DNA of 64,000 nucleotides from Octopus sinensis (Eukaryota), in assembly GCF_006345805.1 (NCBI RefSeq), contig NC_043000.1, forward strand, positions 26,164,001 to 26,228,000. Reading direction: 5' to 3'. A program made the translations under genes and the position numbers. The notes below the pieces were generated by a model. It saw only the letters and a list, made by a program, of their open reading frames with translations, did no database searches and had not been told where the DNA came from. Every line of letters starts with the position of its first letter. The first letter of the stretch is position 1. This document shows, piece by piece, positions 24,370-38,046 of this stretch.

Positions 24370-26000
24370 CAATTAAAAGATTTATATAAAATCTCATAAG
24401 CCACAACAACATGCAGAAATACCTCAACAAATTAAGATGGAAAACATGTCTCTTAGCCTTCTTTTAGTAATCAGAATAATACTTTTGGACTAAGAAATAT
24501 CAATTTTGTCACATTATGTTTCACAGCCTCCCGACATTGATTTGAGTTTGCAAATTTGGAATTCGAATCTGGACACCGACTTGGCTAGGATATAATTTTC
24601 AAGAAGTTTTTCAATTTTTTTTAATTACTTCGGCATTGTGAGTATGTTGAGGAGGATAGCCCGAGTGAGAGAAGTGGCATGTTCCACCACAAATAAATAG
24701 TGGACAGACACAACGAGTGGAGTCAGACGGCGAGGTATGCCGTTCGGGCCAGTTGCGCAGACGACGAAGTACGCCGTTATAATGTGGGGCATATCAGGTG
24801 TCGAGCAAGACACGACGGATCAGAAGCACTGTTTTGTTGAAAATTGATTGCTTTGCTGTTATATTTTTATTCCCCTAGGAAATGTTTTTTGATGGAGAGG
24901 GTGAAATCGTCCAAGATCATAATTTACTATTTACGATTTATAAGATTTTTAAATGTAAATTCATCGTAACTGATATGAAATATGACATAAATAACAGTGA
25001 CAAATTGATATGACACCGCAAATAATTGTTGTTGACAAAGAACCGGAGAAATTGTATTCACCTCAATAGACGTCATTGATTGGTTGAAATTGCCGAAATG
25101 CAAGAAATTAAACAACAAATAGCTTACAAGGAAGCCAAGAGAAAAATATGCTTTATATAACATATTCTACCAGTATACGAAGTTTAAAAGTGTTTAGTTA
25201 CAAAGAAATTATTTTAAAAATCTGCCGGTCAAAGCAAAAAGATCCAATTCATCTCATACATGATTCTACCATCATCGTACTTCACAGTTGTTGAAATACA
25301 TTCAAGATACGTTTCTTTATTCGCCACATAGGGCTGAACACAGAGGGGCAAATTGCAAAATAGAGCTTTTCTTTTTGGGGAGAAAAAAAAAGTGGAGGTG
25401 GGTTTTCGATCAAAAGGGATCGAAAAAAAGAAAAGAAAAAAAAACGATCAATAGGGAAATACATTCAAGATAGGGTTTCTCATTAGCTCTGTGATAGAAA
25501 CGTTCTCATGCTTCATAACATAGCTCACATCTCGACTCACCAGCCCAGAGCACTTTCTGAATCCCGTCTAAATCACAGTTACCATATTTGGTCAAGCAGT
25601 GCAGTTTATCCTTTATGCATTTCTCACTTAACAGAGGCTTCCAAGCACAATTTTTGAGGCAAAAAAAAAAGTATCTTCCAACCTTCTTTGAATGAGTTTG
25701 TTTTCAAAAGCTGTAGACTCTTGACAGATGCTGCAAGCTCTTCTTTCTCATCTGATGAAACAAAGATTTCATTCTTCTGGCATCTGTAATAACAGTAGTT
25801 CTATGTCTGCTAGATCCTTTTTTCTTTACCAAAGCGTTGACCTCTTCCTTTTATGCCAGGAGCAATATTTTCTTCTTAAGCAACTTGTGGATTTCGGAAT
25901 GAATTATGCTTACTTTATGAAGAATAGTGATATGCTTTTAAAATTTATAGCAGTAGGGAATGTCTTTTCGTTTGAAGGCATACTTCACAAATACACCTTT
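24370..26000 (-). pseudogene. Decayed Tc1-family transposase with nested insertions
   Basis: Minus-strand broken frames give, in order: SSRHRTTVITDARR, IQRRL..AWKPLL, QKVLWAGESRC (KVLWSDES), CISTTVKYDDGRIM (TVKHGGGSIM), FQPIND (FQQDN) and *PSRCPDSN (WPxxSPDLN). Confidence 0.65.
25310..25455 (-). mobile_element. Degenerate SINE A-tail insertion with 17-bp TSD inside the Tc1 remnant
   Basis: GAAATACATTCAAGATA at both 25293-25309 and 25456-25472; TTTCTTTATT..CACA.AGGGCT.AACACAGAGGGG is the family A tail. Confidence 0.7.
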
Positions 26001-26558
26001 AAAGGTATATTCATAAAAAAAAAAGTTTTACAAGCTTAATTAGAGCTATTTATGCACACCTTTTGATAAAAGCATTAACAGAAACTTCTTACAAACGTCC
26101 ATTGAAAATAAATCAAAATATAGACTTCTTAACATTCTAAATGCTTCTTTCAAATATTTTTATTTACATAAAAGAACTGTCCTACTTTTTAGAAACTTCT
26201 TTCTTACTTGCTATATTAGCCCTTAAGGGTAAAAGACGAAAAACTTGAACTCTTCAGTTTCGTTATTACACAAAAAATCCTGTATGCAATTTTGTAAAAC
26301 ACAATTTTCTCCCAAAATGCTATGTACAGAAAGTATCAGAGTAAATAATCTATTAAAGTTGCTGTATATAATACACTTTAACGCGACAAAGTTATAATAA
26401 CAAGGTTTGGCTCATTTTCATTTTTGCCTAAGAGTGTGCGTGCGTGCGTAGGTGTGTGTTTGTGTTTGTGTGTGTGTGTGTGTGTATACACCCTCACACG
26501 CAGACACACACGCATACATACACGCAAACATAAATGCACACGAAAACTCATTTTTATT

Positions 26559-26603
<45 letters not shown>

Positions 26604-26819
26604 GTTCCTGATTTATGAAAACTTCTTTGACAGCTTTATAAAAAAAGAAATATACATATATACACACACTCACACACACACACACACACACACACGCATA
26701 TACACACATACACATATATTGTTCTGAAACAAGAATATCATTGATAGTGTCTTCGAAGTTTCGGCCAGCTAAGCAATAGTCGGATCATAACTGAATATAA
26801 AAACAAACATTGATACACA

Positions 26820-26865
<46 letters not shown>

Positions 26866-26950
26866 GCACAAACATTATTCATAGATACATGCTTAGATAT
26901 ACACATATACACATGCAGAAGGACAGGTTAGCATGCGTACATATATTTTG

Positions 26951-27331
26951 GAAGCACTCCGTCGGTTACGACGATGAGGGTTCCGGTTGATCCGAATCAA
27001 CGGAACAGCCTGCTCGTGAAATTAACGTGTAAGTGGCTGAGCACTCCACAGACACGTGTACCCTTAACGTAGTTCTCGGGGATATTCAGCGTGACACAGA
27101 GAGTAACAAGGCCGGCCCTTTGAAATACAGGTACAACAGAAACAGGAAGTAAGAGTGAGAGAAAGTTGTGGTGAAAGAGTACAGCAGGGATCACCAGCAT
27201 CCCCTGCCAGAGCCTCGTGGATTTTAGGTGTTTTCGCTCAATAAACACTCATAACGCCCGGTCTGGGAATCGAAACCGCGATCCTATGACCGCGAGTCCG
27301 CTGCCCTAACCACTGGACCATTGCGCCTCCA
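26951..27331 (-). mobile_element. SINE family C, full length
   Basis: Highly similar to 3148-3527; tRNA-like head at the right end. Confidence 0.9.
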
Positions 27332-27839
27332 CGCGTACATATATATATATATGCAAACGAGGAATTTTTAAGCAAAACGAACACTTAAAACATACATACA
27401 TTTTTTCATACATCATACATACATAAATACGAATCATAAGCGTATGCACACTAATAGCCGCATCAACGTTCACAAAGACACACACATAAAAATCACATAC
27501 ACCCACACAAATACTTAGATATAGATCTAGGCAAAGACACTTGTATGTGTGAGCTTCGCAGCGTGTGGCTTTCTTTGCACATAAATTAGTCCCTCAAACG
27601 CGCGCACACACACACAGACACTCATACACAGACACACACACACACACAGACACATATTGTAGGTGCTGTGCTCATCATTGTGATCAGGGCTCGGGTAAAA
27701 GTACCAACAAAGTAAATATATATATATAAACAAGAACTCAATACATATCCGTGTAACATGTATAGCGTACAAGGTTACATAGTTCCAGCTAGCAGCTTTC
27801 CATTAAAGTAATGGAATCCTATAACCAAGAATTACACCT

Positions 27840-27876
27840 TATACATACATAAATACATACATACATACGTATATAT

Positions 27877-27970
<94 letters not shown>

Positions 27971-28256
27971 TACACAAACATAAATGCGAGGCTGTTGTGT
28001 TTGTGTGTGTGTATACGTACGTTTCCACACACGTTCTCATGTCTACATGCTTCCTTTTGGTCGAAGTCTTTCATTTTTAGCCCCAACCCCACCTTCCTTT
28101 TCTCTCCGAAATATTCCATAGGAGAATATGCCGCGAGAAATCAATTGTAGACAACTTTTTAGAAACTTAATAATTTCATTATATTTCCGCAATTTAATTA
28201 TGAGATATATGGAATGAAGATACAGAACGAAAACTACATATATATATATAATATAT

Positions 28257-28348
<92 letters not shown>

Positions 28349-28500
28349 ACCACACACACACACACTTACACACACAACGCACACACACTACACACGTGCA
28401 AGGCAATGAGCACAAAAAGAAGGCAATGAAGTGGGGACACCAGTTTCAAAGAATGATGAATATGCATGTATGTATGTATATATGTATGTATATATGTATG

Positions 28501-28532
<32 letters not shown>

Positions 28533-28720
28533 TGTATGTATATATATATGTGTATATATGTAGATATATATATGTATGTATCTATATGTATATATGTATA
28601 TATATATGTATGTGTATATATATATGCGCACATATATATATATGTATATATACATATATATACATATACACATATATGTGTGTGTATGTATTTATATACA
28701 CACACATTCACGTAGTCATT

Positions 28721-28757
<37 letters not shown>

Positions 28758-28908
28758 GCATATATACATGTATACATTACTATATGTAAATGTATACATA
28801 TGAATGTATGTACATGCATCTATACATAACCACATGTAGGTATATATATATATATATATATAATATATATATATATATACACATATGTCAATATATATAC
28901 ATACATAT

Positions 28909-28950
<42 letters not shown>

Positions 28951-29575
28951 ACATACACACACTCATATACACGCACGCGTACACGCATGTATATCGTGGA
29001 GAAAGAGGAAATAAAAAGCTTCAAATGTCAAGGAAACGAAGTGGGTTTATAAATGACAGAAGGAAGGAGGAGGAGTAGGAGGAGGAGGAGAAGAAGATAA
29101 AGAAGGAAAAAGTAGAGGAAAATAAGATGAAGAGGAAGAAAAACAATGAAGAAAAGAATTTCTCGTTGCAGGATCTTCTTTTTATTCATTCAATTTTTAA
29201 ATGAAATTTAATCGAGTGTTGGTGATATTCACAGAATAATAAATATATTTAATTTAATATTTTTTTTGGTCAACACACGTGTTCACTCACGCTTATATAC
29301 ACACGCATAACAACTACACTTCACTGTTCATCTGAATGGTTGTACGTAAGAAGGTATGTTTGAATCTTATTTCATTCTAGTATTTGGTTTATTTTGTGTA
29401 CAGATACCCTTTTTTTTTTCTTAATTAATATACACACGCACTCACGCACGCACCATTACACATGCTCACACACACACGCACACACATACATACTTATTTA
29501 CATATTGTGTGTGCACATGTATATACACATTTCCATTTACATGTATACATACAAAAAAGCCTGCATGCATATATA

Positions 29576-29620
<45 letters not shown>

Positions 29621-29636
29621 ATATATATACACACAG

Positions 29637-29678
<42 letters not shown>

Positions 29679-29694
29679 CAAAATAAGCAACAAG

Positions 29695-29736
<42 letters not shown>

Positions 29737-29835
29737 ATATATATGTATCCATACCTATGCATATTTACACACACACACACACACACGTGTGCATATATAT
29801 ATGTATATCTGTAGGTATATATGTAGACATACATA
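27840..29835. repeat. Extended compound (TA)n/(CA)n/(TACA)n low-complexity block
   Basis: Direct observation; interspersed with short unique segments. Confidence 0.85.
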
Positions 29836-30222
29836 TCAGGTTTCTCTGAATGGCCGATAACTTTGTGGTATTGTCATGTTAGCTGGTAGACATTAAATAA
29901 TAAAACAGAATATAAGTTCCCTCCATCCCCCACCTCCCCCACCGATATCCAATCACTTTCAAAAACCATTAAAAAAAAAAAGGAAAAAAATTAATAATTT
30001 CTCAGAACACTTCCACGTGTTGCCGGATCTTGTTAGAAAAAAAAGCTTGTACTTTGTCGATTTCCGATAAGATATTGCTTCTTTCCGCGTCTATATATAT
30101 ATTTATTTTCTTTGTTGATCTAAACTAGAACGATGGAAGCTTCCTTTCGCCTGTTATAAAATCGTTCTTTGTGAAAATTTTAGCTTCCACTTACTTTCAG
30201 TTCATATTATATTTCTTGGGTG

Positions 30223-31655
30223 TAAGGCGGCGAGCTTGTAGAAACGTTAGCACGCTGGGCGAAATGCTTAGTAGTATTTCGTCTGCCGCTACGTTCTGAG
30301 TTCAAAATCCGTCGAGGTCAACTTTGCCTGTCATCCTTTCGGGGTCGATAAATTAAGTACCAGTTACGCACTGAGGTCGATGTAATAGAATTAATCCTTT
30401 TGTCTGTCCTTGTTTGTCGCCTCTGTGTTTAGCCCCTTGTGGGTAGGAAAGAAATAGGTATTTCGTCGGCCGTTACGTTCTGAGTTCAAATTCCGCCGAG
30501 GTCGATTTTGCCTTTCATCCTTTCGGGGTCGATTAAACAAGTACCAGTTACGCACTGGGGTCGATATAATCGACTTAATCATTTTGTCTGTCCTTGTTTT
30601 TCGCCTCTGTGTTTAGCTCCTTGTGGGTAGTAAAGAAATAAGTATTTCGTCTGCCGTTACGTTCTGAGTTCAAATTCCGCCGAGGTCGACTTTGCCTTTC
30701 ATCATTTCGGGGTCGATAAATTAAGTACCAATTACGTACTGGGGTCGATGTAATCGACTTAATCCGTTTGTCTGTCCTTGTTTGTCCTCTCTGTGTTTAG
30801 CTCCTTGTGGGTAGTAAAGAAATAGGTATTTCGTCTGCCGCTACGTTCTGAGTTCAAATTCCGCCGAGGTCGATTTTGCCTTTCATGCTTTCGGGGTCGA
30901 TTGAATAAGCACCAGTTAGCACTGGGGTCGATATAATCGACTTAACTCCTCTCCTCAAATTTCAAGCCTTGCATCTATTATTGAAGGGATTATATTTCTT
31001 GGGTATAAGGCGTCGAGCTTGGCCGAATCGTTAGCGCGTGGACGAAATGTTTAGCGGTATTTCGTCCGTCGCTACTTTCTGAGTTCAAATTCCGTCAAGG
31101 TTGACTTTGCCTTTCATCCTTTTGGGGTCGATAAATTAAATACCAGTTGAACACTGGAGTTGATGTAATCGACTCATTCCCTCCCTAAAATCCTTGTGGT
31201 AAAATTTGAAAACCATTTTATATTTCTTCGTTGTAAGTCGGCGAGTTGGCAGAAACGTTAGCAAGTTGGACAAACTACTCGGTGGCATTTTGTTCGTCTT
31301 TGTTCATCTTTTCTGGGTCGATGAAATAAGTACCAGTTGCGTACTGGGGTCGATGTAATTGCTACTCCTTCTTCCAAAATTTCAGGCCTTGTACCTATAG
31401 TAGAGAGGATTATATTTGTTAGTAAGGCCACGAGCTGGCAGAATCGTTAGCAAGGTGGGACAAAATGCTTGGTGACATTTCTTTCGGCTGTCTGCGTTCT
31501 GAGTTCAAATTGTGCCGAAGTTGACTTTGTCTTTTATCTTTTCAGAGTCAATAAAGTACCTTTTGAGTGCTGATGTGGGGTGGGGTGTTGTGTGGTCGAG
31601 GTAATCGACTAACCCACTACTCTAAAATTTCAGGCACGTGCCTATAGTAGAAAAA
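30223..31655 (+). mobile_element. Cluster of about 7 SINE family A units, including a four-unit concatemer
   Basis: Units of about 184 bp are joined AAAGAAATA|RGTATTTCGTC at about 30458, 30641 and 30825. Three separate older copies follow. Confidence 0.92.
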
Positions 31656-31694
31656 ATTATAAATTAATTCTTGCTAATAAGGCGTAGAAAATTG

Positions 31695-32002
31695 GCACTC
31701 CGTCGGTTACGATGATGAGCCTTGTCATTGATCCGATCAACGAAACAATCTGCTCGTGATATTTAACGTGCACGTGGCTGAGCCCTTCACAGACCTGCGT
31801 ATCCTTAACGTAGTTCTCTGGGAGATTCAGCGTGATGCAGAATGTGACAGGGCTGGCTCTCTGAATTACAGGCACATCTCATTTTTGCCAGCTGAGTGTA
31901 TTGGAGCAACGTGAAATACAATGCTAGGACACGCCCCCAAGAATCGAACTCACGACCTGAAGCCTGTGAGCCGAATACCTTAACCACTACGCCACAGGAC
32001 TT
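31695..32002 (-). mobile_element. SINE family C-related copy (same tail, CORE-type head)
   Basis: CACTCCGTCGGTTACGATG...TTAACGTAGTTCTC tail shared with 3148 and 26951; tRNA-like head near 31940-32000. Confidence 0.8.
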
Positions 32003-32194
32003 CACTGACACAATAAAGAACACGCGAGAATCAATTTACTCAATTGTTTCTTGCTGAGATTGTATAAACATTGAAAATCCATAAAATCTATATTGTTGCT
32101 TTTAAGCATATATGTATATATACATATAAATAAAAGTATACATACACACAAACATACATACATGCATACATACATACATACATACATACATACA

Positions 32195-32227
<33 letters not shown>

Positions 32228-32294
32228 CATCATCGTCCACGTCGTCGTCATCGTCGCTCCCTACTCCTCCACCCTCTGTTACTCTTTTTTTTAT

Positions 32295-32889
32295 TCTAGG
32301 CATAGACACAAGGCCCGTACTTTTTGGTGAGAGAGCCAGTCGATTAGATCGACTCCAGTTCGCAACTGGTGCTTAATTTATCGAACCCAAAAGAATGAAA
32401 GGCAAAGTCGACCTCGGCGGAATTTGAACTCAGAACGTAACGGCAGACAAAATATCTATTTCTTTACTACCCACAAGGGGCTAAACACAGAGAGGACAAA
32501 CAAGGACAGACAAACGGATTAAGTCGATTACGTCGACCCCAGTGCGTAACAGGTACTTGATTTATCGACCCCGAAATGATGAAAGGCAAAGTCGACCTCG
32601 GCGGAATTTGAAATCAGAACGTAACGGCAGACGAAATACCGCTAAGCATTTCGCCCGGCGTGCTAACGTTTCTTATTTCTTTATTGCCCACAAGGGGCTA
32701 CACATAGAGGGGACAAACAAGGACAGACAAAGGGATTAAGCTAATTACATCGACTCCAGTGCATAACTGGTGCTTAATTTATCGACCCCGAAAGGATGAA
32801 AGGAATTTGAACTCAGAACGTAGCGGCAGACAAAATACTGCTAAGCATCTCGCCCGCCGTGCTAACGTTTCTGCCAGCTCGTCGCCTTA
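32295..32889 (-). mobile_element. SINE family A, three-unit concatemer
   Basis: Reverse complement of family A with internal tail-to-body junctions at about 32455 and 32670. Confidence 0.9.
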
Positions 32890-33019
32890 CACACTTGTAC
32901 AAATCATCTCTTCGATCGCTGAATGCAAAACGTGGTTCACGAAGGCGTCTGTTCAGGCGATATTTTTGTGTCCCCGTCTCACCTTTGTGTACCAATCTGT
33001 CGCAGGCTCAACCCATTTA

Positions 33020-33137
33020 CGGCTGAGTGGTGTAGAGCAACGTAAAATGAAGTGTTTTGCTGAGGAATACAACGCATAACCAGTCCGGAAATCGAAACCA
33101 CGATCTCACGATCATGAGTGCAACACTCTCACCATTA
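33020..33137 (-). mobile_element. tRNA/CORE SINE head fragment
   Basis: Reverse complement of the head seen at 13673-13790. Confidence 0.65.
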
Positions 33138-33238
33138 GGACAAACACACACACACGTGCACACACACACACACACACATACACACACACAGACACACACA
33201 CGCATGCTTTTATAAATATATTATACATTGTGTGGTAT

Positions 33239-33335
33239 AGGCCCAGGAGTAGCTGTGTAGTAAGTAAGTAGCTTGCTTACCAAAGCCTTGTGAGTGGATT
33301 TGGTAGACGGAAACTGAAAGAAGCCCGTCGTATAT
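33239..33335 (+). mobile_element. SINE family B head with internal deletion
   Basis: GGAGTAGCTGTG...CAAAGCCTTGTGAGTGGATTTGGTAGACGGAAACTGAAAGAAGCCCGTCG. Confidence 0.8.
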
Positions 33336-33462
33336 ATATATATATATAAAGTTTTTTTTAGAATGAGATAAAAAAACCCCAAGGCTGTGAAGATTTAGAA
33401 CATTTATTAATAGGTCTTACAGCTGTTTCCAGAAAATAGTTGCATAACCATTTTCTCACACC

Positions 33463-33510
33463 GTCTCCGATGAAGGGATATAATCAATATCCTGGAAACA
33501 GATGTAAGAC
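33463..33510 (+). ncRNA. Minimal type-I hammerhead ribozyme fold (PLE-type)
   Basis: Stem I GTCT/AGAC, core CCGATGA, stem II GGATAT/ATATCC, GAAA, near-palindromic CAGATG stem III, then TA. The inverted partial copy at 33411-33432 preserves CAGCTG. Confidence 0.7.
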
Positions 33511-34659
33511 CTTCTATAATTTTGTAAGAGGAATATTTCTTGAACTGTCATCGGCGTTCTTGTGCTTTGAAAAAACATTCTTTGCAGAGAACAGTTATCG
33601 TTTAGAGAAACTGAAGATATGTCTAGTTCACGCTAGATATGAAACCAATGGCTTTTTCAAAACTGTTACTTTACACATACAAAGATATATATATATTATT
33701 TGCCCTTTATCAATGCAGCGTAGTCAGACCCAGCAGGTGTCGCTACTGACTGGCAGGATGAAGCGGCTGACCTCCCCTGTTCGAATTTTTTATAATGGAC
33801 GCAGGTTGTGTGTCAAATAGCTAGCTTGAGGCGATGGCCACTTGGAGCTAATCAGCGACAGCTTTAGTCTTATATTTATAAGACTGCCATATAAGTATGG
33901 CGATAACAATTAATTTCCAGTAACGCTGCCGTAATCTCCTTTAGAGAGACTTAGTAATTTTAATATTTCTATTATTGAAAACAAGTGGAAGCCTCTTAAT
34001 GTGTTTTAATGTACACGATATTTTATATATATATATATCTTGTGGGTGTGGGTGTATGTAGTATCGGTAGAACCTACCTCGCATCAGGAAACGCAGAGGA
34101 AGGCAACAATTAGCATGCAAAACTATATCAGTGAAAAAGATTTGAAAATAATTGAAAGTTGCGAACGAAATCACAGACAAACATGTGTGTTGGCTTTTGG
34201 TTTGTATTTTGATTAGCTTTCTGTTTGCTGAGGAAAATCTATATAAAATGGTAGTTTATGAACTAATATTTCTCTGTCTACTTTTGTTTCGTTTTCATTA
34301 TTGCTATGTATTCGAATGACTTTTATGTACTCCAATGTCTCTTTGTAAACGAATGCTACGTACAACAGATGCGTATTCTTTTATTCTTCCATATGTTTCA
34401 GCCTCGAGATACGACAGTGAATAATAGAATTATTCGTTGTGATAAGCAAGCAATCTCTCAATCAAATAGAGGTCGCTGGTAATCGTCGAATCATTTAAAT
34501 TAGCTCTGATAACACTAATCTTATTTTCTGTTTTTTTTTTTGTACAAGAATAAACGAGTTATTGCTGTTATTTCGTACAAAGACATTGCTTCTGTATTCA
34601 AACATTCCTTTCTGGCCATCCCATCTTTTACAAGTTATCTAGGACTCGAACATCTAATG

Positions 34660-34952
34660 CAGGCATAGGCAACCTTTTTCGAGAAGAGGGCCGCATAAGA
34701 CTGGCTTATCACCAGGTGGGTCGCATGAGACTGGCTCATCACCATGTAGGCCGCATAAGACTGGCTCATCACCAGGTGGGTCGCATGAGACTGGCTCATC
34801 ATCAGGTGGGCTGCATGAGACTGGCTCATCATCAGGTGGGCCGCATGAGACAGGCTTACCATCAAGCGGGCAGCACTACAAAAAAATTCGTGGTAAATTT
34901 TCGTTACGTGTTCCATTCAGAAAGTCCAAGGGCCGTAGTTTTCCTATGATTG
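34660..34952. mobile_element. hAT-Charlie-type MITE with internal 30-bp tandem array
   Basis: TIRs CAGGCATAGGCAAC / GTTTTCCTATGATTG, 8-bp TSD ATCTAATG / TTCTAATG, and six GGGCCGCATGAGACTGGCTCATCACCAGGT-type units at 34688-34867. Confidence 0.82.
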
Positions 34953-35426
34953 TTCTAATGCATCCTTCCTTTTTTAAGGCGGTGGATATGATTTGAAAAT
35001 TTGGCTGCTGTTTACATCAAATCGAGTAACCATATATAGACTCCGTCGGTAGCTCGAAGTTTAAGTTGGTTTTTGACCAGAAGTATGTTATGACGTCATA
35101 GGATAAGTTGTTACTTTAATAACTGCGATCGTCGGACTACCAATACCCGACCTAGCATATTACCCGATAGAAATGGCAGAAGATTTTTCAGGATACAGCG
35201 ATGCAGCTTTAATCAGATAAGAATAACAATAATGAGCAGCATTCTTGTTCAAAGACTCGAGGACGGATTCCCAAGGCGTCACCTGAAACTATAAGGTGCT
35301 GAAGTCTCGCTAAAATCCTATATTTAGTAGAAAATGAGAAAGAACATGATAATTATTAAATGATGCAAAACAATATCGTTTTGCTACTAAGTTGTATTTT
35401 TTTTTCTTTTCTTGATTTGTAAATCA

Positions 35427-35469
<43 letters not shown>

Positions 35470-36282
35470 CACACACACACAAGCAAGCACAATCAGACAG
35501 ACACTGATATTTTTCTGTTAACTTGTTAACAAACCTCAGGCACTTATGTATTAACTTTCAACTCACACACTTTGCCCATGCGTGCATCTAATCATGAACA
35601 GAGAAGCACGCACAAACACTTGCGCATACAAACTCTGTCTTACCGTCTCTCTCTCTGTCTCTGTCTGTCTGTCTGTCTGTCTGTCGGTCTGTCTGTCTCT
35701 CTATCTACCTGTCTATTTATCTATCTATCTATACACACATATATATGTATATATATATATACATACATATACACACACTATATACATATTTATATATGTA
35801 TATGTATACATACATGCATATATATACACACACACATATATATATGTATATATATGTATATAAATATATATATATATATATCTATCTATGTATGTATATG
35901 TATGCATGTGAGCGTATATATAAAAACCAAATCACTCTAAGTATTTACAACTCCATCACACACATACATATATATACGACATATGTATATATACCAACGT
36001 ACGTCTATACTCACGCATAGACACATACATACATACATGCCCCCCACACCAACACATACACACACACATACACACACGCATATATAACCCCCCCGCCGCC
36101 TCTCTTCATCGTTCATTGTCTCATTTTTCTACCATAGCTTGATTCTTACACTTCTGTTGCCGTGCACTTTTAATCTCAAGATTTCAGTTGAAATATTTGG
36201 AACTTTTGCTTGAGGTCTTCCAATCAAGATTTCTTGAAGGAGAAGAGAGAAATCTGTGCACGCTTTCCACCCTACTCCAAAC

Positions 36283-36324
<42 letters not shown>

Positions 36325-36831
36325 ACATACACACATACATACAAACACACACGCGCGCCGCGCACACGCATATATATATATATATTTATGTGCATATTGT
36401 ACGTAATGGTATTGCTTGCGCGAAACTTGAGATCTTAATAGCAGTCAACATATTGTTGGCAGTAAACCAACGTCTACAGCTTGTTTAAGTTTGGCAGAAG
36501 TTTGTGACAGCCATTGTATCATTGGCAACAACTGAAATGTAAAGTAGTCACTTCAAAGATCTAATTCTATACTACTTCAAGAACAAGCATTGCTTTCATC
36601 CATTTATTGTCTTTATATTTCCTTCAGAGATTGCCTATAGGGAGAACCAAAGATATAAATCGCTGATATTATGTCTAATTAGATTTGGGCAGTCTACAGG
36701 AATATAACCGAATTTACTTGTCTATGACGAATCGTTTAATTCTATTTTTTAAAGCTATGATTAAACAATCTCCAAGAGAAGTTGCCAACAGTTTAACAGT
36801 ATCAGTATTATTATTATTATTATTATTATTA

Positions 36832-36872
<41 letters not shown>

Positions 36873-36926
36873 TATAATCATCATCATCATCATCATTATT
36901 ATTTGTAGTATTAGTAGTAGTCTTAG

Positions 36927-37143
36927 TAAGGTAGAGAGCTGGCAGAATCAGTAAAACGCCGGGCAAAATGCTCAGCTACATTTCGTCTGTCACTACGTTC
37001 CGAGTTCAAATTCTGTTGAGGTTGACTTTGCCCTTCATCATGTCGGGAGTCGATAAAATAAGTACAAGTTGAGCACGGGGGCTGATTACATCGACTATCT
37101 CCTCCCCACAAATTCCAATCCTTGTGCCTATAGTAGAAAGGAT
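36927..37143 (+). mobile_element. SINE family A, diverged, in (ATT)n
   Basis: Family A head and body with a TAGAAAGGATT(ATT)n tail. Confidence 0.8.
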
Positions 37144-37151
37144 TATTATTA

Positions 37152-37191
<40 letters not shown>

Positions 37192-37211
37192 TATTATTAT
37201 TATTAGTATTA

Positions 37212-37443
37212 TTCTATGTTTGACTTTTGCTTTACATTTGTACAAGTTGGCTCCAAGTCTCACCCAGAGACCCCAAAAGACAACAAGTTGGAAGTTCATA
37301 TTCGTGTTATGCCTAGGGTGCCATTTATTTGGTTTTGTACTTAGTGTTGTACTAGTGAATGCTTAAGAAACCATAAGAAAATTATGTTTGTTTTAAAATT
37401 TGAGATTACATAGAGAGGATTTTGTGAAGGATATGAGCAGTTC
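37212..37443 (-). mobile_element. R4/Dong-like element 3' end in (ATT)n
   Basis: Minus strand encodes TAHILHKILSM* (GTAHILRKVL motif), followed by a 3' UTR and (AAT)n. A shorter copy lies at 38410-38512. Confidence 0.72.
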
Positions 37444-37477
<34 letters not shown>

Positions 37478-37489
37478 ATTATTATTATT

Positions 37490-38046
37490 GAATGAGAGAG
37501 CAGTTCATGCCATCAAAGTGACATTGGGGTAAAATATACGAAGCCCACTATACCCATCATGACTACCCGTCTGATAAGGGTACACCAGGCACATGCATCA
37601 CAACCATATGTGCGCGACATGGTGATCTCATATCAAGATAAACAGCACATGACCTTGCAGGTGGGGCCCAGTTAGAATTTTCTTCAGGTTGAGTAGCCCA
37701 TCCCGCTCAAAAGGTCCCTGAAACGGGGTTGTTTAAGGATGTTGAAAGAACCACCCATGTTTCCAGAGGTGAATTATTCAAACCCCAAAGAATCCCTCTC
37801 AACACATAGCTATGATGCTCCCCCACTACTTCTGCTCGTGATCAGAGATGCACATATCGTCAGCCACTAGGGGACATGCTCAACTGGTTAAGGTCAAACA
37901 ACTGACAAGCAAATCTGTGGTATTGAGCAGAATATTTGCTGTAGCCCATCTTTTATACCAAGACAAAACAATGTACATGATAACACTTCCAATCAGTTAA
38001 GATCAAAAGCCATGAGAGCCACTGCCTGGTACTGCATCAGGGCTGC

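Noticed and set aside
24625-24835. GC-rich segment as a coding exon
   Set aside because: No convincing splice sites or recognisable protein. It lies nested within the Tc1 relic and is more likely another repeat fragment.
25050-25270. hAT dimerisation domain on the plus strand (STSIRSLKVFS)
   Set aside because: The minus strand gives a more coherent, ordered series of Tc1 DDE motifs across the same bases.
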